DNA of 64,000 nucleotides from Octopus sinensis (taxonomy: Eukaryota), in contig NC_043006.1 of the NCBI RefSeq assembly GCF_006345805.1, positions 100,936,001 to 101,000,000 of the forward strand. Reading direction: 5' to 3'. Shown piece by piece: positions 39,125-51,406 of the stretch. Numbering within the stretch: the first letter of the stretch is position 1; each line of letters begins with the position of its first letter. The position numbers and the translations under genes are program-made. A model generated the notes under the pieces. That model had not been told where the DNA came from, searched no databases, and worked only from the letters and a program-made list of their open reading frames with translations.

Positions 39125-39672
39125 TTTCTCCTTTGCACCAGCCTACTATGTTCGTCTGATAGTCGAAAGATCCTTTCTGTTATTCATTTATGTTGTAATT
39201 GTACTATTATTTTCATTTTGCTGTATAGCCGAAAGGCGGCTGTCTATTATTTATGTATAATTCTTTTTCTGTTGCATTTGCATTTTTATTTTATCACGTC
39301 ACATTTCTATTATTTATTTATTTGTAAATGTACAATTATTTTCGTTTTGTTGTATAGTCGAAGGGCGTTCGTTTGTTGTGTGTGCAGAATTCTTGCTTTC
39401 TCCTTTTTGTTTTCGTTCTGGTATGTATTCGTTTGCTTTTCTCAGAAGCTTCATGCTTTTAGCTTAATGCTCTGGCGTTTGCTAGATTCGAGCGGTCTCA
39501 AAAGTTAAAAAAAAGTGCGAAACTGCCATGATTTTCTGGGCACTGACTGATGAGGAAATCGGCTGCGAATGGTCTGTGCATCTTGTTTTTGTCCAGTTTC
39601 CTGTTTAGGTTATCGTTTATCTTTCTGTATGTAGTTCTTTGTTGGATTTTCGCTTGTTATGTTTTTCCCGTC
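39125..39672 (-). repeat. Unclassified dispersed repeat, copy 3 (inverted)
   Basis: Reverse-complement match to copy 1 over about 550 bp. Confidence 0.8.
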
Positions 39673-40632
39673 CAACCTTTGATTTATATATATATATACA
39701 TTATGTGTCTATGCGTATGTGTGAGTGTTTGTGCGTGTATGTGTGAGTGTTTACCTTTCACTGTTATATATAGGTGAAAGGTGTAAATATCGAAGAGAAT
39801 ATCGGTAAACGAGTGCTTTTGAAGAAGAATGCATTTCCAGATCACGCTTCACTATCGTAAATATCCTGAACCCCTAATCGCTTCATAGGAAACTTTTAAA
39901 CTAGCGATGCGCATGTTCACAAAAGAGGAGTTTCTTTTTAGTGCAAAGGATTAAAATTAAGTAGCAACAAATCTGTTGAATTTACGTTTTCATCTTTCAA
40001 TTATTTTAATTTCCGTCTCTCTTTAGTATTGGTAAAAGCCAACGGCCTATTGATCACCTACTCACTTGACCTAAGCGGTCAATCAGATGAAAACCATATT
40101 TCCCCTAATATCGTATTCTAATTTGGTCGAATTATCGCAATGTTTATAAAATGTTTACAAAAATCCTTTGGAGCAAAACAAATAATGAATTAAATAAAAT
40201 ATAAAAGATGATGCCAATAAAATAAAACGAAAAGAAAAATCTTGTATTACCTTATATAGGTTGTTTAATGACCCTATTATAAGGATTCTCACACTAGTGA
40301 CGCTTTTCTCCGAACTCATGGATTATTTTCGTTCTTATACTTGATTAAGGGAATCTTTCCCGAAATATTATAGGCGCATTGGAAACCTATGTAAATAAAT
40401 ACAATACTTTTTTAGTTTTCTCTCATTTACTGAAATTACTTTACATATTTTACATAACTTCCCACATGCCTTACTCAAGGGATTTTTCTTAAACATCTAT
40501 ATCATTGCTGACTTTATTTTATAAATAAAGGTTATTATTATCTATTCAGTTTGGAAAGTATGTGCCGGGTGGGGGCATAAGACAACTGATGACGATCACA
40601 GATCACACAATTTGAAACATAGTTCAAAAATA

Positions 40633-41189
40633 CAGGGTAGACCAAAATGATCTGACACATTTGGAGGCTTAATAAAGCCACAAAATAAGAAATAATGAAA
40701 AGAAAAATTTTTATTTTCTGAATGTACATATAATGCCATTTTATTTCATTAAGTTTTCAAAATTAAATCAGCTAAATGCTTCCCATCATTGTCAACACAC
40801 TGTTGGAGACGTTCATGAAAGTTATCGATAACTCTATGGATCGTTTCTTCTGGAATGGTTGCTATTTCTACACAAAATGCACGTTTTAATTCATCAACAG
40901 ATCGAGGGCGATGACTGAATACTTTTGATTCTAAATATCTTCACAAGAAGAAATCACATTTCACCATTCCAGAAGAAATTATCCATAGAGTTATCGATAA
41001 CTTTCATGAACGTCTGCAACAGTGTGTTGACAATGATGGGAAGCATTTAGCTGATTTAATTTTTAAAACTTAATGAAATAAAATGGCATTACATGTACAT
41101 TCAGAAAATAAAAATTTTTCTTTTCATTATTTCTTATTTTGTGCTTTTATTAAGCTTCCAAATGTGTCAGATCTTTTTGGTTCACTCTG
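40633..41189. mobile_element. Fold-back Tc1/mariner derivative made of two transposase 3' ends
   Basis: 227-bp arms 40633-40859 and 40963-41189; TA then cagggtagaccaaaatgatctgacac TIR; both arms encode TIPEE.IHRVIDNFHERLQQCVDNDGKHLADLI.KT*; spacer encodes CDFFL*RYLESKV. Confidence 0.88.
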
Positions 41190-41823
41190 GATTATTGCTA
41201 AAATATGAGTCTAATATTCTAACAACGACTCATTGCAATCATTTAAGATAACTTAATTCCTTTACCCAAAGCGCTTCTTTTGGCTAACTTCTAGTGACTG
41301 TATGTCTAAATGAAATACTCTGCTGGGGTGTTCCATTAAATTTTGAAAATAATAAAGAATTTGGAAGGATTGAATATAAAAGAACTTATATTTCTGTTAG
41401 AAACTTTACTTACCAAAAGTTTATTATATAAAATGATGATAGAAAGTTTGAAATTTAAAAAAATATGCACTTAATATTGACATTTTCGTATTGTAGAACT
41501 AGCGACAGTCGGAAGCATGTTAGTATCAAAAGGTTTAAAAAGAAATTCTTAAGACACCAAGACTAAATTTACATTTTTATATGTGAAATGTATTCACTAT
41601 ACTTCTCTATAAAGTATCTCCAAGAGTCAAATCTCTACTTACAGAGAATTTCCATTAGGAATTTATATAGCTGTTAATAAGACGTCTCCTACAGAGTGTC
41701 TATACTAAAAAAAAAAAAAGAAGAAAAAACTGTGAAATCGAAAGAAGTTCTTAAGTTTAGTGAAGATTGGATTTAAAACCAAATATATTATATTGTAAGA
41801 TTAAATATATTTTCATGCCTGAA

Positions 41824-41871
<48 letters not shown>

Positions 41872-41886
41872 TGTGTGTGTGTGTGT

Positions 41887-41919
<33 letters not shown>

Positions 41920-42058
41920 TCCAGTTTTGTGAAGATACAAGTGCATTTCATAAACGTGTTCCCATGTACGTATGTTTGAATGCCCATATGTATACGTACA
42001 CTAATACATTCATACATATATACATGTATACATATATATGAATGTGTGTGTATAAATA

Positions 42059-42104
<46 letters not shown>

Positions 42105-42629
42105 TATGTATACATGTGCGTATAGATATTCTATACATACATATATGCGCATATCTATATATTCACACATATATATATATGCACTCATATATAGATGATA
42201 TAAATTGATATTATTTTAGTATTAATGTTTGTTGTACATTGTGTATTTTGTAATACATCGTTGCATGTATATTCGATTACATTATTTCAGCTCCACTTTA
42301 GGTTATTCGTCACACTCTTTCTGTTACATAAAAATATCACGAAATATGTTTTGTAAAATATAAAGTGTCTGTCTGAGATTTTTTTTCTGTGCATACGTGT
42401 TTGAATTTACAGACAGGAAGGAAAAGTATTAAATACAAAACTGCAGTGCAATTATTTATTATATTGCAGAGATTACTCTCTGGTGCAATTCAGATTTTAC
42501 GCGAATCTCCTTCTCAAAGCTGGTCAAGAAACAAAATTCGAAACATATGACACTATACTCATAACAAAAGTGATATGCACGGGTGATCATTAAACTGGAA
42601 GAATGCTTATAGTTCTAAAAATTATGTCC

Positions 42630-42837
42630 TGCTCTAAGTACAAGGTCTGAAATTTGGGGAGAAGTGGACCAGTCGATTAGATCGACCCCAGTATTCAACT
42701 GGTACTTAATTTATCGACCCTGAAAGGATGAAAGGCAAAGTCGACCTCGGCGGAATTTGAACTCAGAACGTAAAGACAGACGAAATACTGCTAAGCATTT
42801 CACCCGGTGTGCTAACGTTTCTGCCAGCTCACCGCCT
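42630..42837 (-). mobile_element. SINE family B (alternative tail)
   Basis: Full head and core. Confidence 0.88.
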
Positions 42838-42882
42838 TTATAGCTCTAAAACTTGTGTTAGAATGTCTGTGCTTCTATATAT

Positions 42883-43235
<353 letters not shown>

Positions 43236-43523
43236 TACGTATATATGTACATGTATGGAGAATGAGAGATAGTGATGGAGATAAATACAGACTTGATATA
43301 AATATTTGTACAAGAAGCATTAAAAATACAGAATAAAGTATGAAATATGTTATTTCCTAACTCGAGAGCTGTTCAGGATGCACAGAGGTACACAATAATC
43401 ATAATAATCATAAATTTCTGGTGAAATGTGCAAAAATTCATGGGTAGGTAACCGGTGACCAGTCACAAGAAGATGTTAGAATATGTCCGGCTTCTCTCAT
43501 CAAATCTATCTTACTAAAACATT

Positions 43524-43945
43524 TACTCTCTTTTACTCTTTACTCTTTTACATGTTTCAGTCATTTGACTGCGGCCATGCTGGAGCACCGCCTTTAGTCG
43601 AGCAACTCGACTCCGGGACTTATTCTTTTGTAAGCCCAGTACTTATTCTATCGGTCTCTTTGGCCGAACCGCTAGCTGACGGGGACATAAACACACCAGC
43701 ATCGGTTGTCAAGCAATGCTAGGGGGACAAACACAGACACACAAACACATACACATATATACATATACATATACATATATACGACAGGCTTCTTTCAGTT
43801 TCCGTCTACCAAATCCACTCACAAGGCATTGGTCGGCCCGGGGCTATAGCAGAAGACACTTGCCCAAGATGCCACGCAGTGGGACTGAACCCGGAACCAT
43901 GTGGTTGGTTAGCAAGCTACTTACCACACAGCCACTCCTGCGCCT
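43524..43945 (-). mobile_element. SINE family A
   Basis: Full-length match. Confidence 0.92.
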
Positions 43946-43989
43946 GTGTACCTTCTCAATAAGATTCTTTATAAGATCATTCTATGTAT

Positions 43990-44460
43990 CCACCTTCAGC
44001 TTCGATGATTGCTTCGATTTGGACCGGAAACGTCGACATGCTTACACTAAATGATCTTTTCTCATTTCGGACATGACTCAATGGCGACCTTTAGTGACGC
44101 TATGATATTGTGAGGATCTCGATTGAGCTTCCTTTCAACAATGCACTAAACATTGTTGTCCATGGGACGCTAATCTGGCGAGTTTGACGGCCACAAGTTT
44201 GGTGTTACATTATCGTAAAGATTATCTGACAAACATTTCTGAGTTAATTGGACTTTTGTAAGAAAATGCAGAGTCTTTTTGATATACATGTGACTTTCCA
44301 TTATGTATTTCATTAATCCAGGGATTAACAACAGTATTAATACTGATAACCTGTGGAAAGATGTGAGGTAGCATGACGTAACCTTCGTTCCTAACCATTC
44401 CTAAAACCATCACAGTTGCTGGATACTTAATGTACCTCACTCTCGAGACATAAGAAGGAT
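43990..44460 (-). mobile_element. Tc1/mariner (maT/DD37D-like) transposase relic
   Basis: KYPATVMVLGMVRNEGYVMLPHIFP..VVNPWI..GKSHVYQKDSA and LWPSNSPD. Confidence 0.75.
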
Positions 44461-44725
44461 TTGCACATAACTATCTGCTAGTTACCCTGTTAGACTTTTG
44501 GTTTTGGTCGAAGTTTTTCTTATCAGAGATGAACTAAAGAATTTGAACTTCAAATCCATATGAGATCGACATTGCCTTTCATCTTTCGCCATCGATAAAA
44601 TAAGTACCACTATAACACTGGGGTCGACCAAATTGACTCTTCCTTTCCCTTCAAAATACCCGATTTTGTGCCAAAATCAAAAAGAATTATATCATAACAA
44701 AATGTATATAGATATGCACACACAC

Positions 44726-44763
<38 letters not shown>

Positions 44764-45221
44764 ACATACACACACACATATTCAGGATTCAAGCGCAGCA
44801 GGTCCTTAAATAGTAAAATTCCCAGGGTCGGGTCGGTGAAATCGCTATCGCGAACAAACAGTGATTGAGGAATACATATTTAATTGCGAAAGAAAACATG
44901 GATTTATACTCCAGCTGTGTATGAAACATTTGTTTATGATTAATCTATATTTTTGTTACTTTTCATTTGTCTTGCTCGCTTACGTTTCCGGTGTTTGCTA
45001 AATTTTCTAGAGAACAATTCTTAGTGGTTAAGACCATAAAGGATCTTCTTCTAGCATAAGGGTTTCCACATTGTGGTAAAATTCCCTCTTATATTTATAT
45101 ATGTAATACTATTTACTGAACCTTAGTTTTTTTTATATGCTAGACCACTGGTGTTAAAATTGATGCTATCAGATTAATATCCAATTTTTCACCCTCATTT
45201 TAATTTTAATTTTAATTTTAA

Positions 45222-45299
<78 letters not shown>

Positions 45300-45750
45300 A
45301 TGAAATAGAGTGACAAATACTACAGAATGCTTGTATTATATGGTTAAAGAATATATTTAAATAGTTATGTTAGAAAAATGTTAGAAAATTTTGCTTATAA
45401 TAACATTATTTTGGGAGAAATAACCGGTTTCGTATTTTCTTTTCAAATTTCTCAAATTTCTTTACCTGTATTGTGTCATTTCTTCGCTATTTTGTGAAAT
45501 ATGGAGTTCAAGACAAGGGAAGATGATCAGAGATTTTTTCGGTATAAGGGAGATAATCAAAAATGTTGAGAATGACTAGGTTTTATTGATTTAACATGAT
45601 TTGGTTTAGAAAGAATAGAATGTTTCAAGTAGTTAGGTTTTGCTTTATATTTTTTTTAATGATGTAAGTTTCCTTATTTAAAAATGTTAGAAATGGTTAA
45701 GTTTTGGCTCATATTTTTCAATGAAGTAGGTTTCCTTATTTCATGCACAA

Positions 45751-45825
<75 letters not shown>

Positions 45826-45829
<4 letters not shown>

Positions 45830-46812
45830 TAAAAGACGGAAAATGCACACAGCTTACATAGTTTTTAAATATTTTAAGATATATTTTATAAGTCAAAGAG
45901 TATTGTTTTTGACGAACGGTTTCGTTTTCGCTAATCGTGAATTTGAAATTATTGTAATTTCGTATTTTCTTAAAAAGATTTTAGTCCATGTTGTGTATGA
46001 AGATTTGTGAATGAAATTAACCAACAGTTATAAAAATCTAAGGGGAGTAATTGGTGATCGTGATTTTTCGGGATAGGGGATGTAATTGCTCATTTGGGGG
46101 CGGGAGTAAATAAATATACAAAAACTCAAACGTATTGAGATGAAATATTTACAGTGATGTGTATGTGAATATGAATTAAACGATATACTGAGAACAAAGT
46201 TGGTTATGTGTTCATATTATGTGTGTTCGGTATTTTTCGATAAATAGATTTTCTTTATTTAAACGTTCTTGTACAGAAATTGTTTCTTTACCCTATTTCA
46301 TGGGGAAAATAGTGAAGTTTCGTTGGATATTACCTGCACGTCTCTCTATGTATTCACTCAACAGAATCTGTCTGTACAGTGGTAAACGGATCTGTTCCTT
46401 AAGTAGTGTGGTACTCCGTCTAAGTGCCATACTAGTCTGTCCTATATAGTTATGTGTACTTGGACAGAGAACCGCATCTCTGTAAATATTTCATCTCACT
46501 ACTTTAGCTTTTGAGTTTTTGCATGTTTATTTACCCTCTCCCTCAAAAGTGAGCAATTACCTTCCCTGTCCCGAATAATAACGATCACCTATTACCTACC
46601 CTTGGATTTTTCTACATGTTGTTTCATTTCATTCACAAACCCCTGTACACAACATGGACTAATATAGTCTTAAGAAAATACGAAATTACAATAATTTCAA
46701 ATTCATGATTAACGAAAGCAAAACTGGCCAACAAACACAATACTCTTTCACTTATATCAAAAAAATATATTAAAACTATGTAAACTGTGTGCATTTCCCT
46801 ACTTTCAATTTA
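45826..46812 (-). mobile_element. PLE GIY-YIG fragment (46212-46474) enclosed by inverted ~335-bp pseudo-LTR arms
   Basis: NYIGQTSMALRRSTTLLKEQIRLPLYRQILLSEYIERRA..FTIFP..RLNKENLFIEKY; arms 45826-46159 and 46475-46812, roughly 75-80% identical by eye. Confidence 0.72.
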
Positions 46813-46839
46813 GATAGACAGACAGACAGACATATATAC

Positions 46840-46923
<84 letters not shown>

Positions 46924-47074
46924 TGATTGATTGATTGATTGATACGTACATACATACATACATACATACATACATACATACATAGATGCGCACAAACAAA
47001 AGCGAGTATATACATATCCATATTTATGTGTACACATACACACAAATATGCACACTATACACATATACAGATGT

Positions 47075-47496
47075 TCTTTTATTCTTTCACTTGTTTCAAT
47101 CATTTAACTGCGACCATGCTGGAGCACCATCTTATGGGTTTAGTCGAAGAAATCGCTCCCAGGACTTATTCAATCGGTCATTTTTAACGAACCGCTAAGT
47201 TACGGGGACATAAACACATCAGTTGTCAAACGATGGCGGGGTACAAACACACACGCATAAATATATACATATCTATACGACGGGCTGCTTTCAGTTTTTG
47301 TCTACGAAATCCACTCACAAGGTTTTAGTCGGCCCAAGACTATAGTAGAAGACACTTGCCCAAGAAGCCATGCAGTGAGAATGAACCCAGAACCATGTAG
47401 CTGGGAAGCAAGTTTCGTTCCACAGTCCCACACCAGTACCTATGATCACGCCTGCGCCTATAGCCACCCTTGCACCTATAGCCACCCCTGCGCCTA
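47075..47496 (-). mobile_element. Diverged SINE family A with 18-bp 5' terminal tandem repeats
   Basis: tagccaccc(c/t)tgc(g/a)ccta at 47461 and 47479 plus degenerate units upstream. Confidence 0.75.
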
Positions 47497-47973
47497 TAGA
47501 TCTATAAGTAGTTTATCTTTCCTAAACATTTGGCACCGTGTGCATCAAAATTCAGCTACATAATCCACAACAGACATTCGTGTAACAGAGACAAATCTCA
47601 GAACTACAATATTTATAAAGTTTGAGTGTGTATTTTTGTGCGTGTGTGTGTATATATATATGTGCGTGAACTTATATGTATCATTGTATATTCTTTAAGA
47701 AGACCAAATATACCGAAAGAGATTTATAACTACAGAGACTTGTTGTGCAGGCGGAGATTTTTTAAAGAGATACAATATCCAAGTCACTGAGGGTCTAGGC
47801 AAGCTCAGTGTCAGATTTAGTAAACCTGATAACCAATCTAATTCACTAACATTATCAGACACCAATGGTCATTTCGGTTGGTCAATATCTGCCACACAAT
47901 ATCTAATACCATGTGACATACTCTAAAGAATATATATATATATATATTATATATATATAATATATATATATAT

Positions 47974-48032
<59 letters not shown>

Positions 48033-48034
<2 letters not shown>

Positions 48035-48276
48035 TTAAATAATGAGGGTGATAAATTGAATATTAATTTAATTAATACCAATTTAAAACCAGTAGCCTAG
48101 CATATATAAAAATCTGAAAATTCACGAAAAATTGTAATACAAGCGTATAATAGGGATGGCCACTAAATGGACATCTAATATGCTAGAAGAAGATCGCCTA
48201 CGATCTAGTTAGATTGTAGGCGATCTTCTTCTAGCATATTGGATGTCCACTTAGCGGTCATCCTTATTATACGCTT
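48033..48276. mobile_element. Small element with a terminal snap-back hairpin
   Basis: 67-bp arms 48141-48207 and 48210-48276, 2-nt loop, 6 transition mismatches; 48033-48135 shared with 32538-32637. Confidence 0.8.
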
Positions 48277-48277
48277 A

Positions 48278-48327
<50 letters not shown>

Positions 48328-48357
48328 CAAGAAAAAAGCAACAAAAGTGGACCAATA

Positions 48358-48445
48358 TTTCGGTACAATTGTTTCGTACGAAGACCAGGTTTATTAAGGC
48401 TGAAAATATTGCAGCAAATATAGGTGACCCGTACTCATCAGCCAA
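48358..48445 (-). ncRNA. Type I hammerhead ribozyme (minus-strand twin)
   Basis: uuuggCUGAUGAguacg...cguacGAAACaauuGUAccgaa. Confidence 0.8.
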
Positions 48446-48646
48446 AAGAAAAACATCTGAGTTCTCCAAACATCTAAGGGGGTGAGGCTACACTCCTGAA
48501 ACATCAAGGATAGTTCTATAAAAATCAGATTTAGATAACAAACGGACTTCCAAAGTTAAAATCTAAATCTGATTTTTATAGAACTATCCCTGATGTTTCA
48601 GGAGTGTAGCCCCACCCCCTTAGATGTTTGGAGAACTCAGATGTTT

Positions 48647-48736
48647 TTTCGGCTGATGAGTACGGGTCACTTATATTTACTGCAATACTTGCAGCCTTAA
48701 TAAAGCTGGTCTTCGTACGAAACAATTGTACCGAAA
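48647..48736 (+). ncRNA. Type I hammerhead ribozyme
   Basis: Stem I UUUCGG/CCGAAA, CUGAUGA 48653-48659, stem II GUACG/CGUAC, GAAAC 48719-48723, palindromic stem III ACAAUUGU, GUA site 48728-48730. Confidence 0.87.
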
Positions 48737-48883
48737 TATTGATCCATTTTTGTTGCTTTTTTCTTGTTTATAATCACCCCGCATTATCTTATGGTTAATA
48801 CCATATAGATTTCTGGTGCATCTAAGTTAAGTACCGCATTCATGTGAATTCAACAGAACTCACTTGAATCTTAATTGCTTTTA

Positions 48884-48930
<47 letters not shown>

Positions 48931-49139
48931 GTGAAATAGAAAGATGAATAATCTTGTAGTAGATTAATCAAAAGTTTAACCGATACCTTAGTAGCAAAAA
49001 TCACAGCAGTGAACAGCACGGTTGGAGGTACAACCATCTGGCGTTGCAACCGTGCGTTGGTGCGGATAATTGAAATTAAAACATTATTGGTGAATTGAAG
49101 AAATGGAGCTGAACGCAGATTGAACAGAAATCGTTTTAT

Positions 49140-49227
49140 TTCATTCTACACGTGTTTCGAAAGGCACAAATTACCAAAATCCGATTGAATAATGGGACCA
49201 TATTGTGTCTTTCTCTTCAGGAAGAAA
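49140..49227 (-). ncRNA. Type I hammerhead ribozyme (mirror copy)
   Basis: Exact reverse complement of 49403-49490. Confidence 0.8.
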
Positions 49228-49402
49228 AAAGGAAATCCGTTGGAAAAACAAAAACAGAACAGAGGCAGAGCAAAAAACAAATCGAACTGTGCTCCTAAGA
49301 GCCCATGGCGAAACTGTTTCGCCATGGGCTCTTAGGAGCACAGTTCGATTTGTTTTTTGCTCTGCCTCTGTTCTGTTTTTGTTTTTCCAACGGATTTCCT
49401 TT

Positions 49403-49490
49403 TTTCTTCCTGAAGAGAAAGACACAATATGGTCCCATTATTCAATCGGATTTTGGTAATTTGTGCCTTTCGAAACACGTGTAGAATGAA
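49403..49490 (+). ncRNA. Type I hammerhead ribozyme
   Basis: CUGAAGA 49410-49416, stem II GAAAGACACAA/UUGUGCCUUUC, GAAAC 49472-49476, palindromic stem III ACACGUGU, GUA site 49481-49483, stem I UUC/GAA extendable across a bulge. Confidence 0.8.
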
Positions 49491-49544
49491 ATAAAACGAT
49501 TTCTGTTCAATCTGCGTTCAGCTCCATTTCTTCAATTCACCAAT

Positions 49545-49584
<40 letters not shown>

Positions 49585-50644
49585 CATACATTTAACGTTC
49601 ACTTTTCCATCTTTGCGCGTTTCGAACGGAGTTTACTGATGCAAATTTTCTTCGGCTGGATGTCCTTCTTCTCACCAACCCTCGCTTGTTTCCAAGCAAG
49701 ACAATATTTTTTAATGGTCAGACATGTTTTTTGGAAGATATTGAAAATAAACGTCGCTGCTTGTACCACAGTGCGACTCACAACAACCAGGCGAGATCGA
49801 TACAAGGAGACATAAACATACACACACACTCTCTCACTCTCTCTCTCACATACACACACATGCACACGCAGACATACATACACACATACGCACATACATC
49901 TAAATTAGGGAGTGAAGAATCTCAGGCGTATATCTTCGTCAGTCCTCCATTCTGTAAAACATGACTAACAGAATTTCTATTGCAGAGTATAATAATCCAC
50001 ATACATTGAATACACCGGATGATCTGTACAAATTTTAAATCCGAGGTTATTCACCTGTCGGTAGGTTACTCTATTAATCATAAAATATAATAGCAATCAG
50101 ACAAAGAATGAAGAATTATATTTATTATATTTTCACATAACTTTATTCACAGTTACAAACGTTCCGAATGGCTTCAAGCGCTGTTTCCTTGCTATACAAT
50201 GGCGTGTATGCATAGTCAATCAATAAAGTGTTGCCTACCCAACCCAATTATTGTCTTCAAAGATTAAAAGTTATTGTAGTAGATTTTGAGATTCTGCTGC
50301 AAAGTTGTGGATGAAGGATTGTAGAAAACACACATAGCAATTTTCTTTCTTTGATTTCTTATATTCTTACCAAATTCACAATCCTGTAGGTCAAGATATC
50401 ATCAAGCATTGCAGTGTATTAGATTGTGAGAACGCAACTCAGGAAAAGTTACTATTAACAAGCTTTTTGCTGGTCAATCTGCGGTAGGGTGACATTTAAA
50501 GTCCTAGAAGAGGGAACGTAGGGAAGTCAACCGGGTGCATAGTAACTGTAGATAAAATGTATAAGACAATATAGAATTTATAAGATATTTCTCTCTAGTC
50601 GGTTTGAGAAATATCAGGTTTACTTAGATTAAACTGAACTCAGT

Positions 50645-51075
50645 TACTCTCTTTTACTCTTTTACTCTTTTACTTGTTTCAGTCATTTGACTGCGGCCAT
50701 GCTGGAGCACCGCCTTTAGTCGAGCAACACGACCCCGGGACTTATTCTTTTTGTAAGCCCAGTACTTATTCTATAGTTCTCTTTTTGCCGAACCGCTAAG
50801 TGACGGAGACGTAAACACACCAGCATCGGTTGTCAAGCAATGCTAGGGGAACAAACGCAGACACACAAACACACACACATACATACATATATATATATAT
50901 ATACATATATACGACAGGCTTCTTTCAGTTTCCGTCTACCAAATCCACTCACAAGGCATTGGTCGGCCCGGGGCTATAGCAGAAGACACTTGCCCAAGGT
51001 GCCACGCAGTGGGACTGAACCCGGAACCATGTGGTTGGTTAGCAAGCTACTTACCACAGAGCCACTCCTGCGCCT
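50645..51075 (-). mobile_element. SINE family A
   Basis: Full-length match. Confidence 0.92.
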
Positions 51076-51368
51076 ATTGTGTGCAACAGTTAAGAATTGG
51101 AATAAAGGTCCAAACTTATTTGGGAAAAGAGAAATATATTCCATAACAGGTAACTTATGAAAGAAAAGAAAGAATTCTTAAGATAACGTTGGTATTAATT
51201 TTATTTAGAACCAGGTGAGTTAATCACGTGAGATTTTGTGTGAAAATTTTAAGAATGTTTTGTTAAGTGAGGACATTAAATTAATAACTTGCTATGTTAG
51301 TGAATTAGAAAGGATTTACAATTTCAAACGCCTCCACCAGGCACAAAATACAGCTCCAACCTCTCATT

Positions 51369-51406
<38 letters not shown>

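Larger units (their letters stand above)
48322..48887 (+). mobile_element. HHR-bearing PLE-type pseudo-LTR with an inverted 5' duplicate
   Basis: Arms 48322-48536 and 48561-48772, 24-bp spacer, tail to about 48887, (TA)n on both sides. Confidence 0.88.
48930..49553 (-). mobile_element. HHR-bearing element with a perfect 477-bp palindrome (49077-49553)
   Basis: 238-bp arms around T49315; identical 84-aa ORFs on both strands confirm symmetry; one-sided tail 48930-49076; (TA)n on both sides. Confidence 0.9.

Noticed and set aside
40592-40625. CUGAUGA..GAAAC next to the mariner TIR
   Set aside because: No stem II pairing adjacent to the core.
43716-44054. Recurrent ORF MLGGQTQTH..RQASFSFRLPNPLTRHWSARGYSRRHLPK (also 10578, 34779, 50840, 54224, 55715)
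   Set aside because: Antisense reading of SINE A; not a gene family.
49171-49459. Identical 84-aa ORFs on both strands
   Set aside because: Consequence of the palindrome; no domain similarity recognised.
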